In this document: positions 41,255 through 56,870 of the stretch, in pieces
How the letters are laid out: each line of letters opens with the position of its first letter
How positions within the stretch are numbered: position 1 is the first letter of the stretch
NCBI GenBank assembly: GCA_951406725.2
Contig: OX597825.1
Coordinates: forward strand, 27,652,001 to 27,716,000
DNA: 64,000 nt
Source of the DNA: Octopus vulgaris
Taxonomy: Eukaryota
Direction: 5' to 3'
Notes under the pieces: model-generated
The model's input: only the letters and a program-made list of their open reading frames with translations
The model's database searches: none
Told to the model about the DNA's origin: nothing
Position numbers and translations under genes: made by a program

Positions 41255-42810
41255 TGGGAGGTCTTTCGGACATGCCATCAGTTACATAGACAGCCACACT
41301 TACTAAGGATGCAGACGAAGCAAATGTAGTACAAGCAGTCAAGTATCTTTCTGATGCTAATCTTCTACAGAAACACTTAAATGCCATATATAAATGGGCT
41401 TAGAACAACAACATTCAATTCAATACTGGCAAATTCCATGCCCTCTGCTACCACCTAATTGGTGCTCAGAGTCACACAACGATACTCTGGACCAAAAGAG
41501 CGGCAACCCAAGAATCACATATGTTGCGTGATTTTGGGATTGATATGAGCAACGATACCTCGTTTCATATGTATATCACCAAGATGGTGGTAGAAGAGCG
41601 GAGGCTAAATAATATATGCGTGTTTATCTCACTTCACATTTTCTGGAGGAAGCCCATTACCTTCCCAGAAGATAGTGACTTAATGCCTTACATACGGCAT
41701 GGCTTCTGCTCGAGAAGAAGCTGTCTTGACACAGTTTCTGTCACATTATGATTGGATGCTGAAACGACTAACGAATCGTTCAAACGTCAATGTGATCTGT
41801 TTTGCACAGGACTTTGACAAGGTAGCCTATAGGATGGTTTGCACAAGCTACGAAGTCTCGGGACAGTCGGCAAACTGGGAGACTGGTTACATGACTTCTT
41901 AAAACACATAGGCCAGTCTGTGGCCGCCAATGAGGCAAACTTCAAGGAAACTGAATTAGCGAGTGGAGTGCTTCGAGGAAATCTCTTGGGGCCGTTCGTG
42001 TTTGGGGTGCATGTTTTACCTGCCATCAGTTACACATACACCCAAAATGACTAGATATAGCGACGATACAAAAGAAGTACAAGCAGTCAAAGACACTTCG
42101 ATGCTCCTACAGAAAGGGTTATATGCCATATATAAATGAACTGAAGCAATCAACATGCAGTTTAACGCAGGAAAATTCTAAGTCTTCCGTTATCAGCTAT
42201 CTTGTGCTAGTATGCTGCAATATATATATATTCTGAATCAAAAGGAATGGTAATCCCAGGGTCAAGTACAAGGCGAGATCTTGTGATCGACATGAGAAAT
42301 AAAGCGAAGATTCACATTCTTGTCACCGAGGTGGTGGCAATGTACTAGCGAGTAGACGGATGAATTCTTATAACTCTCAGAACAAGGGACCACGAGATAC
42401 TGTTGGTTGTGTGGAGGAAGTTTGTATTCAGCCATCTCGGTTACTGCTTTCAACTGTGGTCTGTCCACAGTGTCTGATGAAGGAACTTGAAGCAGTTCAG
42501 CGGTACTATACGAGGAAGATTGCATCACTGGTAGAGATGTGCTACTGGCGGATAGTGAAAGAGAGATAGGCAGTGATATATGTACGGGAGAACCTGGAAG
42601 GAATGTTAGCAAACTTTGGTCTCGTGAGGTTTAACAACCCCTGAACCCGACGTTAATGCAGTGTTTCAAAGGCCCCAGCCATCGCATCTAGATTACAGAC
42701 CAAGTACTGTCATAGCTTGGGATTCAAGTGCACATGGTAGATCTACATGGAGTGGAGGTACATGGTTTCAATAAACAACTGGATCGATTGTCGAAATCTA
42801 CATCACGGCA
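41255..42810 (+). mobile_element. Degraded CR1/L2-group LINE RT remnants (two pieces, ~41255-41610 and ~41690-42810) related to the 58.3-61.0 kb element
   Basis: Frameshifted translations HGFCSRRSCL, HYDWMLKRLTNRSNV, HKLRSLGTVGKLGDWLHDFLK, SGVLRGNLLGP, ELEAVQRYYTRKIAS and DLHGV parallel the intact ORF. Confidence 0.85.
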
Positions 42811-43068
42811 AAAAAACTCAGAAGTGGACATCAATGTTGAACTAACTCCTTCTCCAAAATCCAGTGATATAGGAATGGCCATTGAAACAATAATAACACT
42901 GGCGGTAAACACTGGATGGCCACAATATTTGGGCTGAAATATATTAAAGATTAAAAGAAACACACACACACATACATATATACATACATACGTACGTACT
43001 CACATACATACATACATACATACATCATCCATGCATAGATACACAAATAAGTAGATAGATAGATGGGC

Positions 43069-43149
<81 letters not shown>

Positions 43150-43166
43150 CATATATATATATATGT

Positions 43167-43218
<52 letters not shown>

Positions 43219-43374
43219 GTACATATATTGCTGCATGTGGTGTGTGAGTGTGTGTGTTTGTGTGTCTATGAGTGAATCTTTATATAAATGTATGCATTTC
43301 TGTGTAAATTCATGTAGCGTTATGCAGTCATATATATATATACATGTGCATATATATATTTATTTATGTACACA

Positions 43375-43453
<79 letters not shown>

Positions 43454-44577
43454 ATGGTGATTTTGGTACTCTTCTGAGTGTAAATAGCACATGTAATTAG
43501 CAGCTGCCAAATAATATGGAGTTAATCGCTCCCGCTGCTGCATGATATTGTTCCTAAAAGAATACACAATGTAATCCACAGAAAAAAACTTTTGATTTAC
43601 AAATATAAACCTCGAAAAGTAACGTTAAGTACAATGATAGAAGTTTGCTGCACTGAACATGATTGTATCTTTTACAAAATCAGCACAAATAAGAACATTT
43701 ATGACTGCTGCTTCTAACCTACAGATTCTCTCTCGATGAAAATATTTATGATAATAAGTGTCTATATAGAATTGGTAGAGGTTAGCTGGTTTCAGCGAAG
43801 AACGACACCGGCTGGCATGGAATATAATCTGCAAGTGGAACAAGGACTAGAAGTATTTCTGAAATTTCAATATTTTACCAATCCCGTTTCTGTAATTCAA
43901 ATTCCAGTGAAGTAACTCTTGTTTCGTTGTAAGATATCATATGACTCTTCCTTGGAAGAATATTATCTTCAAATTCTGACATAAGACCTCCAAATTGTGG
44001 TAGGGGTGGGTTTAAGTTGATTACATCAACCCCAGAGAAAGACTGGTATTCATTTTATCGTCTCCGAAAGGATGAAACATAAAATCGATCTCGACTGCAT
44101 TGGAACTCCGAACATATTTCTAAGAGGAATATCAATAAATGATAATATTAAATATAAACATTTTCATAGTCAATTATAACGACTCACCTTCATGTCACAC
44201 CACCATGAATTCCTTCAGCATTTACGACCAAATTAGTAACTCTCTGTTACAATAGAAACTTCTTAATTAGGAAGTGTGTGTGTGTGTAAATTTATGCGTG
44301 TGTGTATGTTTGTATGTATCTGTGTATCTTTATGTATACATGTATATTCGTTTGTTGTTATGTCAAATTATACACACAAATAATCTCACATGAAGCTGGA
44401 AGATTGATAAAAACTTTTCTGTGGAGTAAGTATCAATCTTTACAGGGAAAACGTTGCCTCTCTCCTTGATAGAAGCAAGATGAATCTTCGAAATTTCTCT
44501 GAAACATTTTCATTCTACAAATTGATTAGTATTATTATGTGGATTTGTGTGGTATATCTATCTATCTACGTTTAAAG

Positions 44578-44671
44578 GTAGATAGATAGATAGACAGACA
44601 GACAGATAGATAGACAGACAGATAGATAGAGGGATAGATAGATATAAATAGATAGATAGATAGATAGATAG

Positions 44672-44704
<33 letters not shown>

Positions 44705-44717
44705 TAGATAGGTAGAC

Positions 44718-44797
<80 letters not shown>

Positions 44798-44840
44798 TGA
44801 TTGATTGATTGATATATATTAGATAGACAGATAGACAGAT
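44578..44840 (+). repeat. (GATA)n compound microsatellite
   Basis: Directly visible. Confidence 0.95.
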
Positions 44841-45351
44841 ATTTACAGAGTGATGCTAATAATGGCAATTAAACGCAGGAGGGAATATACTTGGATATCA
44901 ATAAATATATCTCGAAATTTAAATAGAATTTGACAGCTAAATGAAACAAAATGATGGGAAAACTTTCTCATTGCTTGTGATTTTTCTATAGAGATTATAG
45001 AAAACGTATGATTTTAGGATTAGCTGTTTGTTGACATTTTCGCTGCATTTGATTGGATAAAATTAACGCCTGATTTTAGTCAACACAGAGCAAAATAATT
45101 TGAGGGCTACATGCGGATTAAGAATTAATCCACTAAATGTGTAATATATTAACAATAATGTAAATGACATTTTCAAATTTTCATTTTCATACATCGTGAT
45201 GTATAAAATTGTCAGAATTCAAGAATTTTTTTTTAAATACCAAGAATGATATTTCGTTTGGAATATGTCTTTGGAATTTGCTCAGAAATCTATGAACCTA
45301 CTGTTATGATATTAACTTCGTAATAGGCAAGCTTCGTAAAATATATAGACG

Positions 45352-45407
<56 letters not shown>

Positions 45408-46089
45408 GTATATGTGACATACACACGTACACACATTCATATCTACATACATACCTATTTAGTTATTTGTTTAGTTGAAAACCTGTAGTTCAAGAGTTAA
45501 TTATTTAAGCACATAGTCACCCGAGTCTGTTTATTTCAATTCGATGCGCTGATTGGCTGAGGTGATTCGCCTGATGTTTTTTCACCGATCTGATGAACCA
45601 CGTGTTACCCTGTAGTAGAAAAAATTCAATACTGAAATGCTACATAATTTAATGGACGGTGTGTACATGGACCTTTAAGTGAAATTTATTTGTTTTTATT
45701 ATTATTATTCAATATTTTCCTTTCTATATGACCAGTATCTCCAATTTCAGAACACACTCAGATGGATTTTTAGAACTTATTTGGTAAGTATAATTAAATA
45801 TATATTTCAGATTTTGCAATAATTTCTTAACTCCTAAAAGTTCTGGAATGTCGTACGATAAAAACATATAGCATGTATTTTGCTTGTTCCGTTTTAGTCT
45901 TGAATTTAATATTCTATATTTTTAAATATTCATTAGAACGTCTATACAACGATTTTGAAAAAAAAAAATATATATATATACATGAGGAAATGTATACACA
46001 AACACATATATACATATACATACATATATGCATATATGTATGAATATATATATATATATGAACATATATATATATATATATATATATAT

Positions 46090-46123
<34 letters not shown>

Positions 46124-46154
46124 CATATACATATATTAATATAGACATGCATAT

Positions 46155-46185
<31 letters not shown>

Positions 46186-46262
46186 CATTCATGCATATAT
46201 ATATATATATGTATATTCATGTATACATATATATATATATATGCATGTATATACATATGTTT

Positions 46263-46306
<44 letters not shown>

Positions 46307-46943
46307 TTTTGTGTGTGAATGCATATCATTTGCAGTAGTAATATGTATTTTAAGACAAAAGTTTTATTCTCTTCGTTGTATAATGATTTCTTTTTGTCGT
46401 CTTTTTCGAGTTATCACATTCCACAATGACAGCAAGGTAAAATAGGATAAAAGAAACATAATTTTGCCAAAATTTCAAATATTTTTAGTCTGCAAACACA
46501 TTATTATCCTTACCGAATTGCATGATCACATATTCCAGGGAATAATAATTTAAATTTTAAATAGATTGCAGTTTCTTTTATTAGAATAACCTGTCTAGGA
46601 TAATTTTCTTGTTGAAATGTGCAGATAATTTAAACCATTGTTTAGCAAAATAGCCAAGATTTATTCTAGTCAAGCAAGAATTCTACAGATGATGATGATG
46701 ATGATGATGATGCTGATAGAAATACGGGGACATGTATTTTAAACAATATTTTCGATATTTTATTTAGTAAAATAGAAATAATGATTCTTAATACTAGGTA
46801 TGAGAAGGTAATCGAATCTGTGTTTTATTGTTGAACATTAAATTCTTAATATATATTTTCGGAATTCTTTAATGTTACACATTAAAGAATACACTGCCAA
46901 GAAATATTATTTATATCGAATGAAGAATTTAAATTTTACACAT

Positions 46944-46998
<55 letters not shown>

Positions 46999-47078
46999 TG
47001 TATATCAACAATCAAAATTTATATAAAATTGGTTTTCCGCATACGATATTGTTCTAAAAAAGATCACGTTATATGTTC

Positions 47079-47290
47079 ATTTGCATAAGAGGTCACCGCG
47101 GGTCAAACACAGGGACATCGGATGATATGAAAACATTCGGAGGAAGTTTTTTCATTGGCTAAGCATTTCACCTGATATTTTTCGCTTGAAAGATGCATCT
47201 ACATTTTAACCTTTGACATCAGTTTTATGTAGAATTTGATTGGTCAGTTAATCACTGCTGATCTATCGACATATGAGTAACAGCTGGATC
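47079..47290. promoter_or_regulatory. Candidate enhancer/promoter motif cluster
   Basis: Octamer ATTTGCAT 47079-47086; DR4 AGGTCA-ccgc-GGGTCA 47090-47105; GGAAGT; two ATTGG boxes; E-boxes CACCTG and CAGCTG. Confidence 0.3.
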
Positions 47291-47425
47291 GTATGTTTTT
47301 TATTCGTGAACAACGATTGGTCGACAACTTTCACCTGATTTTATCACCTCATATTTTCACTTTCATTTTCAAAATACTCATCTTCATCCTCATACTGCAA
47401 CCCCATCCCCATTCTCATAATTGCG

Positions 47426-47608
47426 TTCTTCTTCTTCTTCTTCTTCTTCTTCTTCTTCTTCTTCTTCTTCTTCTTCTTCTTCTTCTTTTTCTTCTTCTTT
47501 TTTCTTCTTCTTTTTCTTCTTCTTCTTCTTCTTCTTCTTCTTCTTCTTCTTCTTCTTCTTCTTCTTCTTCTTCTTCTTCTTCTTCTTCTTCTTCTCTTCT
47601 TCTTCTTC
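47426..47608 (+). repeat. (TTC)n microsatellite
   Basis: Directly visible. Confidence 0.95.
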
Positions 47609-47643
47609 GCTAACAAACTATCTCTCTGCCTGTCTGTATCTGT

Positions 47644-47759
<116 letters not shown>

Positions 47760-47931
47760 ATGTATTTTCCCCTTGTTAACAGTTAACATGGAAAAAATAG
47801 ATAAATAGTTACCAAGGTAGCAAAAAATCACACAAGTAAAGAGGTTGTAAGTCCTTGTTGTTAAAGGTAGAAACCTCGGGTTTACGTGGAAATTTTCGTA
47901 TACTATATAAATAAATAAATGGAGTTTAACA

Positions 47932-48166
47932 CAGGTATAATTCAAATACTTTTACTTCCGACACATGATTCGAAAATTTTACTGATATTATTCCAAAGGA
48001 ATAAATGGTGTAGCACAATGTAATCATCTCTTCAGGGAAGTGAAGAAATGAAACTCGTCAATATGAAGAGAAGATTACATTGTTTTACACCAATTATTTC
48101 TTTGGAATAATATCAGTGAAATCTTCGAAACATGTGTCGGTTGTAAAAGTATTTGAATTATACCTG
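47932..48166. repeat. Inverted repeat, ~100-bp arms, ~30-bp spacer
   Basis: caggtataattcaaatactttt...tctcttca versus tgaagaga...aaaagtatttgaattatacctg. Confidence 0.9.
47954..48041 (-). ncRNA. Type I minimal hammerhead motif with one core mutation (GAAU), in the left arm of an inverted repeat
   Basis: ACUUCC-CUGAAGA-extended stem II-GAAUC augu GUC-GGAAGU; the opposite arm retains GAAAC augu GUC. Confidence 0.55.
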
Positions 48167-50850
48167 AGTTTTCCTATATATATATTATATATATATATAT
48201 ATATATACATATATGACGGACTCACCCTTCGTTAGACAACTTCTCACAGAACAAACACAGATGATTTATTTATAATAACCATATGTTTGTGTAGTTTTAT
48301 ATATATATACACACACACAAATCCACCCTAACCACGTGTAAACTATGGTCCGTGTGGGAAAAATGTGTCAATGTTTACATTGTCATTATTGCACATATCA
48401 TCATCATCATCATCATCATTATTATTATTGTTATTATTATTGTCATTTGATATCTTCAATTTTGGGGTAGTAGGAGTAGTTGTTGGAACCAACGTAAGAA
48501 TATGTAATAAAATTGTTTGCGATATTTATTTCTGTGCATGTATTCCACGCCTCATGCTTTATTTATCCACTTTTTAAACCCTTGGTTTATATATTTTTTT
48601 ATATTTGCTCCTGCCACATAGGAAGGTTTTGTCAGAAGAGATCCAATTCCATATCACCTTACAGGTATTCGTTTCAGTTCTAGATTATTATAACCGAACG
48701 ATTTGCATTGATCTATTTGTCACTTTGAATAAGGATGTCCCAGATGACTAAGAGTAAAGTGTTGTCAGGTATTTCTTTAGCTGCTCAATAACATTACTTC
48801 TTATTCGTTACCATAATAAAGGGTCGGTATATTGCCGATCGGTATGCATACGTATCGACCAAATTGAGTTTCTAAACATACATGAAGTTTGCAAGAACCG
48901 GTCAACCAGAAATAATGAGTTTATCAATATAATTACAATAAATGCATATGCTTCACTTGATGGCAAAGGCAGCTATTTGGCAAATTCGCTAATATTATGG
49001 TCAAAATTCCTCGCGATATTTGCAGCTACAATCTTTGCTCAGGGTGAAAATTGTGCAGATCTCAGCTGTGTCGTTTCGTCCATTCAGTATCATCAAAAAT
49101 TTAGCATTCTAGGTTAGTAAACTAATTTGAAGCTCAGGTCTTATTGTGGTATACACCCCGGTGTCTTCAATTCTAACAAAACAATCTCTGATAACATTGA
49201 TACCGAAATATATGGATGGCATTATCTCGGATAGATGCCGGTGACCTGCACCAGGAGATCTACATGAGGAACGTCAATGAACCGCGAAAATCCTGCCCTT
49301 AGATGCACAGTTGCATGGTAGGCATTGAGTAACATAGGATTTATCTGATGTTAGTATCATGTTAGACTGTTTTCTTCCCGTAGTGTTTTGGGTACAAGCA
49401 TCGAGGTTAAACATCTAAAATAAACCCTTCTGTGTCTGCATTTAGTCCCGAGACTCCTAGCTATGTTTGGCTTTCATTTTATTTTGCATCGTGTTTGTTG
49501 AGGTTCTGAAGTCTTTATCAACATCAGGTTGGTGTTTAGTGCGATTGAGACTTAATTAGAACTTTCAACGTAAATGCATGTAATTTAAAAATATATATCC
49601 CTGAATCTGCCATTTAATACATTTTTTCTAACGGTCGAAAATTTAAGCCCATTTGAAATGAATTACAGTATTGTGAACATGCTGAAAAAAGAAGACAACT
49701 CTGTTCTTCTACAATTCAAATAATAATTCTTCTCATCAAAGGAAATTCTTGTTACCGAATATCAGGATAATGATTAAATTAGCCGTAACAGGTTTCGTGT
49801 AAGGATGGTGATGTATGACGATGATCATAATAATTCCTTCTCCTTTTGGCTAGAGATTTTGAGACGAGGGGACAAGTTGATGACATCGCCCCCGATACGT
49901 GACTGGTATCGTAACTTATTGACTTCGGAGGTGTGAAAGGAAAAGGTGACATGGGCGAAATTTGAAATCATAACCTACAGAGCCGAAGTATCGGAAGAGA
50001 TATAGTTCGATGTACTGACAACTATACAAGGATGGCCAAGTGAAGTATTTACCTATCGTAAATGGATGAGGTCACGCATAGAAATCTCTACATTTTTATA
50101 AATAACATGTTTGATCTCTTTTATAGATTGAATGGAGAACATTCTTTAAACAGAATCTAATTGATCACCCCACCTATAGCATAATATTGCGAAATTTCTC
50201 CTGCCTTATTGCTGATGAATACTCTGTTTCACAGTGGACCTCTTGAAATAATACTTATGTTTCATACGAAATGTTTAATAGCAAATTCAGTTCGTGCGGG
50301 TTTTTAAAGCAGAATATGCGATATATAAGAAATATAAGGTATTTTGATCAAACCTCAGTTGGTCTTGCAATCTACAGATATTTGAATGAATCTATGTATG
50401 TGATGTGTAGTTATTGAATAGTAACTTTATTTTCTGTGGAGATTGTTGTCTTCAGGGGTAGCTGAAACTAAAAACCAAACGAAAATTAGTTAAGGAGCAT
50501 ACATGAATATTTCAAAAGATTTAATCAGATGTTCTCCGACAGCAAATCCTGCGAATAATAATGTTTTGAAATATTAATGCGATAATGTGTGTCCGAAACG
50601 ATTAAAATTTTTGAAGGGATTTTATAAGATTTTTGAAGCGCAGAAGTCAGTTTGTGATAAACCGCTCAACTGTCATTTACATCTCATTAGATCATGAAAT
50701 ATTGTGCGATAGATTAAGATAACTATATACCCAAACTTTGAATATAACACGTGTTGTCGTTCGTAATTATAATAGTAATAATGATGATGATGATGATGAT
50801 GATGATGACGATGATGATCATGATTATGATGATCATGATGATCATGATGA

Positions 50851-51765
<915 letters not shown>

Positions 51766-51798
51766 ATAGTAATAGTAATAATAACAACAACAACAACA

Positions 51799-51896
<98 letters not shown>

Positions 51897-51903
51897 AATA
51901 ATA

Positions 51904-52244
51904 AGTGGGGGAGCATCATAGCCGTGTGTTGAGAGGGATTCTTTGGGGTTTGAATAATTCACCTCTGGAAACATGGGTGGTTCTTTCAACATCCTTAAAC
52001 GACCCTTATTCAGGGACCTTTTGAGCGGGATGGGCTACTCAACCTGAAGAAATTTCTAACTGGGCCCCACCTGCAAGGTCATGTGCTGTTTATCTTGATA
52101 ATATGAGATCACCATGTCGCGCACATATGGTTGTGATGCATGTGTCTGGTGTACCCTTATTAGACGGGTAGTCATGATGGGTATATTGGGCTTTGTATAT
52201 TTTACCCCAGTGTCACTTTGATGGCATGAACTGCTATCTCACTC

Positions 52245-52313
<69 letters not shown>

Positions 52314-52864
52314 TCTCATGGCTTCTGAGACAGTGGCTCTCATGGCTTCTGATCTTAACTGATTGGAAGTGTTATCATGTACATTGTTTTGTCTTGGTAT
52401 AAAAGATGGGCTACAGCAAATATTCTGCTCAATACCACAGATTTGCTTGTCAGTTGTTTGACCTTAAACAGTTGAGCATGTCCCTTAGTGGCTGACGATA
52501 TGTGCATCTCTGATCACGAGCAGAAGTAGTGGGGGAGCATCATAGCCATGTGTTGAGAGGGATTCTTTGGGGTTTGAATAATTCACCTCTGGAAATATGG
52601 GTGGTTCTTTCAACATCCTTAAACAACCCTTATTCAGGGACCTTTTGAGCGGGATGTGTTACTCAACCTGAAGAAATTTCTAACTGGGCCCACCTGCAAG
52701 GTCATGTGCTGTTCATCTTGATATGAGATCACCATGTCGCGCACATATGGTAGTGTTGCATGTGCCTGGTGTATCCTTATCAGACGGGTAGTCATGATGG
52801 GTATATTGGGCTTCGTATATTTTACCCCAGTGTCACTTTGATGGCATGCACTGCTCTCTCACTC
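51904..52864 (+). mobile_element. Two tandem 5'-truncated retroelement 3' ends (51904-52244 and 52313-52864), each ending ...ctctcactc(AAT)n; probably an R4/Dong-type 3' UTR
   Basis: 51904-52244 is near-identical to 52528-52864. A diverged copy of the same terminus lies at ~18950-19020. All are embedded in (AAT)n. Confidence 0.7.
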
Positions 52865-52866
52865 AA

Positions 52867-52941
<75 letters not shown>

Positions 52942-54268
52942 CATTATTAGTATGGCTTCAAAGATTGCGTTACAAAGGCAGCCATTTTGGTGGAGGGGAT
53001 AAGTCGATCACATCGACTCAGGTGCTCAACTAGTACTTATTTCATCAACCTCAAAAGGATGAAAGGTAAAGTCGAGCACGGCGGGGTTTGAATTCAGAAC
53101 GTAGTGGCGAGAGAATTACCGCCGAGCATTTTGTCCAGCTCTCTGGGCAAAATACTTCATGATATTTCTTCAGGCTCTGTATATTCTGAGTTCAAATGCC
53201 GACGAATTCGACTGTACCTCTCATCATATTGAAGTCGAGAATCACTCAAGTACTGAAATCGCTGTAATGAACAAATCTCGCCCCTTGAAATTTGCTGGCT
53301 CCGTTCCAAATTTTCAAACAACTGTTATTGATATTTGTGTGCTTGGGTTGCAGAATGAGAAGAGATATATAAAAATGCATTGTAGTACTTGTTCTGGTTC
53401 ATTTCTTTCCGAGGTCAAATCTTGCCGATGTCAACATGTTCTTTCATCGCTACCGATTTGATATTACTTGCATCAATATAATCGATAAGTGTCGAAATTT
53501 CTGAGTAACCATTAAATAAAGAATTCAATTTCATTAATTCTTCGCCAGAAACAGTTATAGCTTTGTGAGTTTGAATATTAGAATCCAAGAGCGAGAACTG
53601 TAGAAGACATAAAACCCAGACATCAGAGATTGCCAAACGAACTTATTCAAAGCAGACACGTCTCTGTGGTCAATGGCACAATAATAATTTAGTTTTGTAC
53701 AGTATAGTTATAAGGTGAGGTTGTTCATATCATTTCATTTCGACTTCTAGAAGTGTATATTATATTATATACAGCAAATCTGAGATGTATTTATCGGACG
53801 CTTATCACTCGGTATCCCGTACTTCGAATAGATCATCTGCAAAGTCAAGGTCGCTGGACTACTACAAACCCCAGCAAAATTTATCTGGAATTAATCTATG
53901 TGAAACAAAAAATGGGACAACCTTCTACTTATAAATTGGCTGATATTAAGTACGATATAATATTGCAGTTCCTCATAGATTTATTTGACGCCTGTTGTAC
54001 TGAAGTTAAAGTGCTTTAGCAGCTGGTACCCACAGTTTCATGCAAACGATCATCAGACAGAATATGGCATTTCACGTATAAAATAGTTTATTAACTATTG
54101 CATTGTTCCAAATTTACGTTTCTCTCTGGTGATTAGTAAATTGAAAGTAGGAGTGAACTTTTGTGAACATCTTCAGTTTCAATGAAGGTCAATGATTTCA
54201 CAGTATTTTTAATATTCGAGTAAATTTTTCTTTTGAACGTATGTGCTCATAAGTTTATTACTATCTAA

Positions 54269-54344
<76 letters not shown>

Positions 54345-54789
54345 GTCTATCAATATATATGTATGTATACATAGATTCATGTACGTACATACATAAATAC
54401 ATTATATATACATATGTGTGTGTGTGTACAATGTATAAACATGTATACATATGCACAGTTATATACGTATATACATGCCTATATATACACATATTGTGAG
54501 GTAGAGGGTGAAAGCTAGTCTTCAATTGACAGAATCATTAGGGCGTATGACAGCCTGGTTTTCTTTACTCCCTCCGGATCTTCTTGGTCTGAATTCAAAT
54601 CCTGTTGTGGCTATCTTTGCTTTTCATCTGTTACTGGAGTCGATTCTTGTAATTCTCTTATTTATGCGTTCCTTCTGGCTGCCTTTCTGCCTTCTACAAG
54701 AAATAGCTTTTATTTGACTTGGAGAGCAATCGGCTCCAGCAGATCGAACAGTTCGAACAATCCTGAAAACATGCCTCATATGCATGCAT

Positions 54790-55068
54790 ATTTGTGTTTG
54801 TGTGTCTATGGAATCTCCTATCGTTAGACAAAGTATGATGGTTCTGCAAATTCTTGTCGAACAACCACTTAAGCTCACTCTTCGCATGTAATCGACATTA
54901 TGTGTACACGAGTACCATGTGTCACATGTCAGATGCGGAAGTTATCGCAGAGCAACGTGAAATGAAGTGCTTTGGTCAAGAATACAACGCAAGACCCGGT
55001 CTCGGAATCGAACCCACAATCTCTCAATCGTGTGTGCAACACTCTTACCACCAACCCATGGACCTTCA
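54790..55068 (-). mobile_element. SINE family 3 (tRNA-like head), degraded
   Basis: Minus strand ggttggtggtaagagtg...gtgggttcgattcc (B box), then cacttcatttcacgttgctc. Related fragments at ~6055-6235, 29120-29190, 31300-31400, 48215-48290. Confidence 0.55.
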
Positions 55069-55115
55069 AAATGCATACATACATACACATCCATATATTT
55101 GCATACATACACAAA

Positions 55116-55147
<32 letters not shown>

Positions 55148-55188
55148 CGTTCATACATACAAACGCCCCACACATATATGCACGTATG

Positions 55189-55369
<181 letters not shown>

Positions 55370-56365
55370 GTGCATATGTATGTATAAATGCATATTAGAT
55401 ACTGTCCTAATAATATCAATGAAATTAATCTGTCAAGCTTATTGTCAACAAACTCTTTTGAATTTCTTTCATATTGCCAAGTTAATCCTCATAAAAAATA
55501 TACAATTAACAGTATAGTTTTCTTGATATTGTTGATGATATTTGTTAAAAGGTAGTTGGCATTATTGTTGATGCTGGTGATGGTGGTGGTAGTGCCGGTG
55601 TCCAAAGAGGATGCTCTCTGTATAGGAGATTTCTTGGGTGACGAATGTCAAATTCACGTGGCCTTCTCAATCCTTAAAGCTTCAAAATCCTAGAACAATG
55701 GAAAGAGACTAATCCGGTGTGGAGATAAATGTGTTAGTGATAATCCTTAGGTATTCGAACACAATACACACATTAACACATAGTATTCATGTGTGGAATA
55801 TTTGCAAAACTTATATATATTAACACATACATATAATATGTGTGTGCGTGTTTGTGTGTGCGTGTGTGTGTGTGTATGTGTGTTCATGTGTATCTAAGTG
55901 TGTACATGTACGCGTATATATATATATATATATAAATACACTTTATTCTTTTATTCTTTTACTTGTTTCAGTCATTTGACTGCGGCCATGCTGGAGCACC
56001 ACCTAAAAGGTTTTAGTCGAACGAATCGTCCCTAAGTCTTAATTTTCGTAAGCCTAGTACTTATACTATCACTTTGTATGTATTTATGCGTACATGTATA
56101 GATGTATATAGCGTCATGCATGCTTGATGAGGCGATATATATAGTCATTTCCACTACAGGCGCACGCATAGCATTTTGGGATAGGGGGGACTGCGATACC
56201 ATGGACTGCAATAGGTAACTGGTCCTTTAATTTATCGTTCCTGAGTAGAATTAAAAACAAATTCGACCTCAGCAGTATTTGAACTCCAAATGTAAGGACG
56301 GACGAAACGCTGTTAAGTATTTTGTCCGCTGTGCTAGCGTTTCTATTAGCTTACCACATTGACGG

Positions 56366-56406
<41 letters not shown>

Positions 56407-56410
<4 letters not shown>

Positions 56411-56825
56411 CGCAGGAGTGGCTCTGTGGTAAGTAGCTTGCTAACCAAACACATGCTTCTGGGTTCAGTCCCACTGCGTGGCAACTTGGGCAAGTGTCTT
56501 CTGCTATAGCCCCTGGCCGACCAAAGCCTTGTGAGTGGATTTGGTAGACTGAAACTGAAAGAAGCCTGTCGTATATATGTATATATATGTATATGTATGT
56601 ATGTGTATGTGTTTGTGTGTCTGTGTTTGTACCCCTAGCATTGCTTGACAACCGATGCTGTTGTGTTTACGTCCCCGTCACTTAGCGGTTCGGCAAAAGA
56701 GACCAATAGAATAAGTACTGGGCTTACAAAGAATAAGTCCTGGGGTCGAGTTGCTCGACTAAAGGCCATGCTCCAGCATGGCCGCAGTCAAACGACTGAA
56801 ACAAGTAAAAGAGAGAGTAAAGCGT
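56407..56825 (+). mobile_element. SINE family 1, full length (a tail-only inverted copy lies at ~55940-56070)
   Basis: Complete copy flanked by (TA)n. Confidence 0.9.
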
Positions 56826-56870
56826 ATATATATATATATATTTTATATATAATGATGGTGCATTAATATC

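Noticed and set aside
53703-53714. 12-nt micro-exon candidate (tacag|TATAGTTATAAG|gtgagg)
   Set aside because: Weak pyrimidine tract; expected by chance; no supporting gene context.
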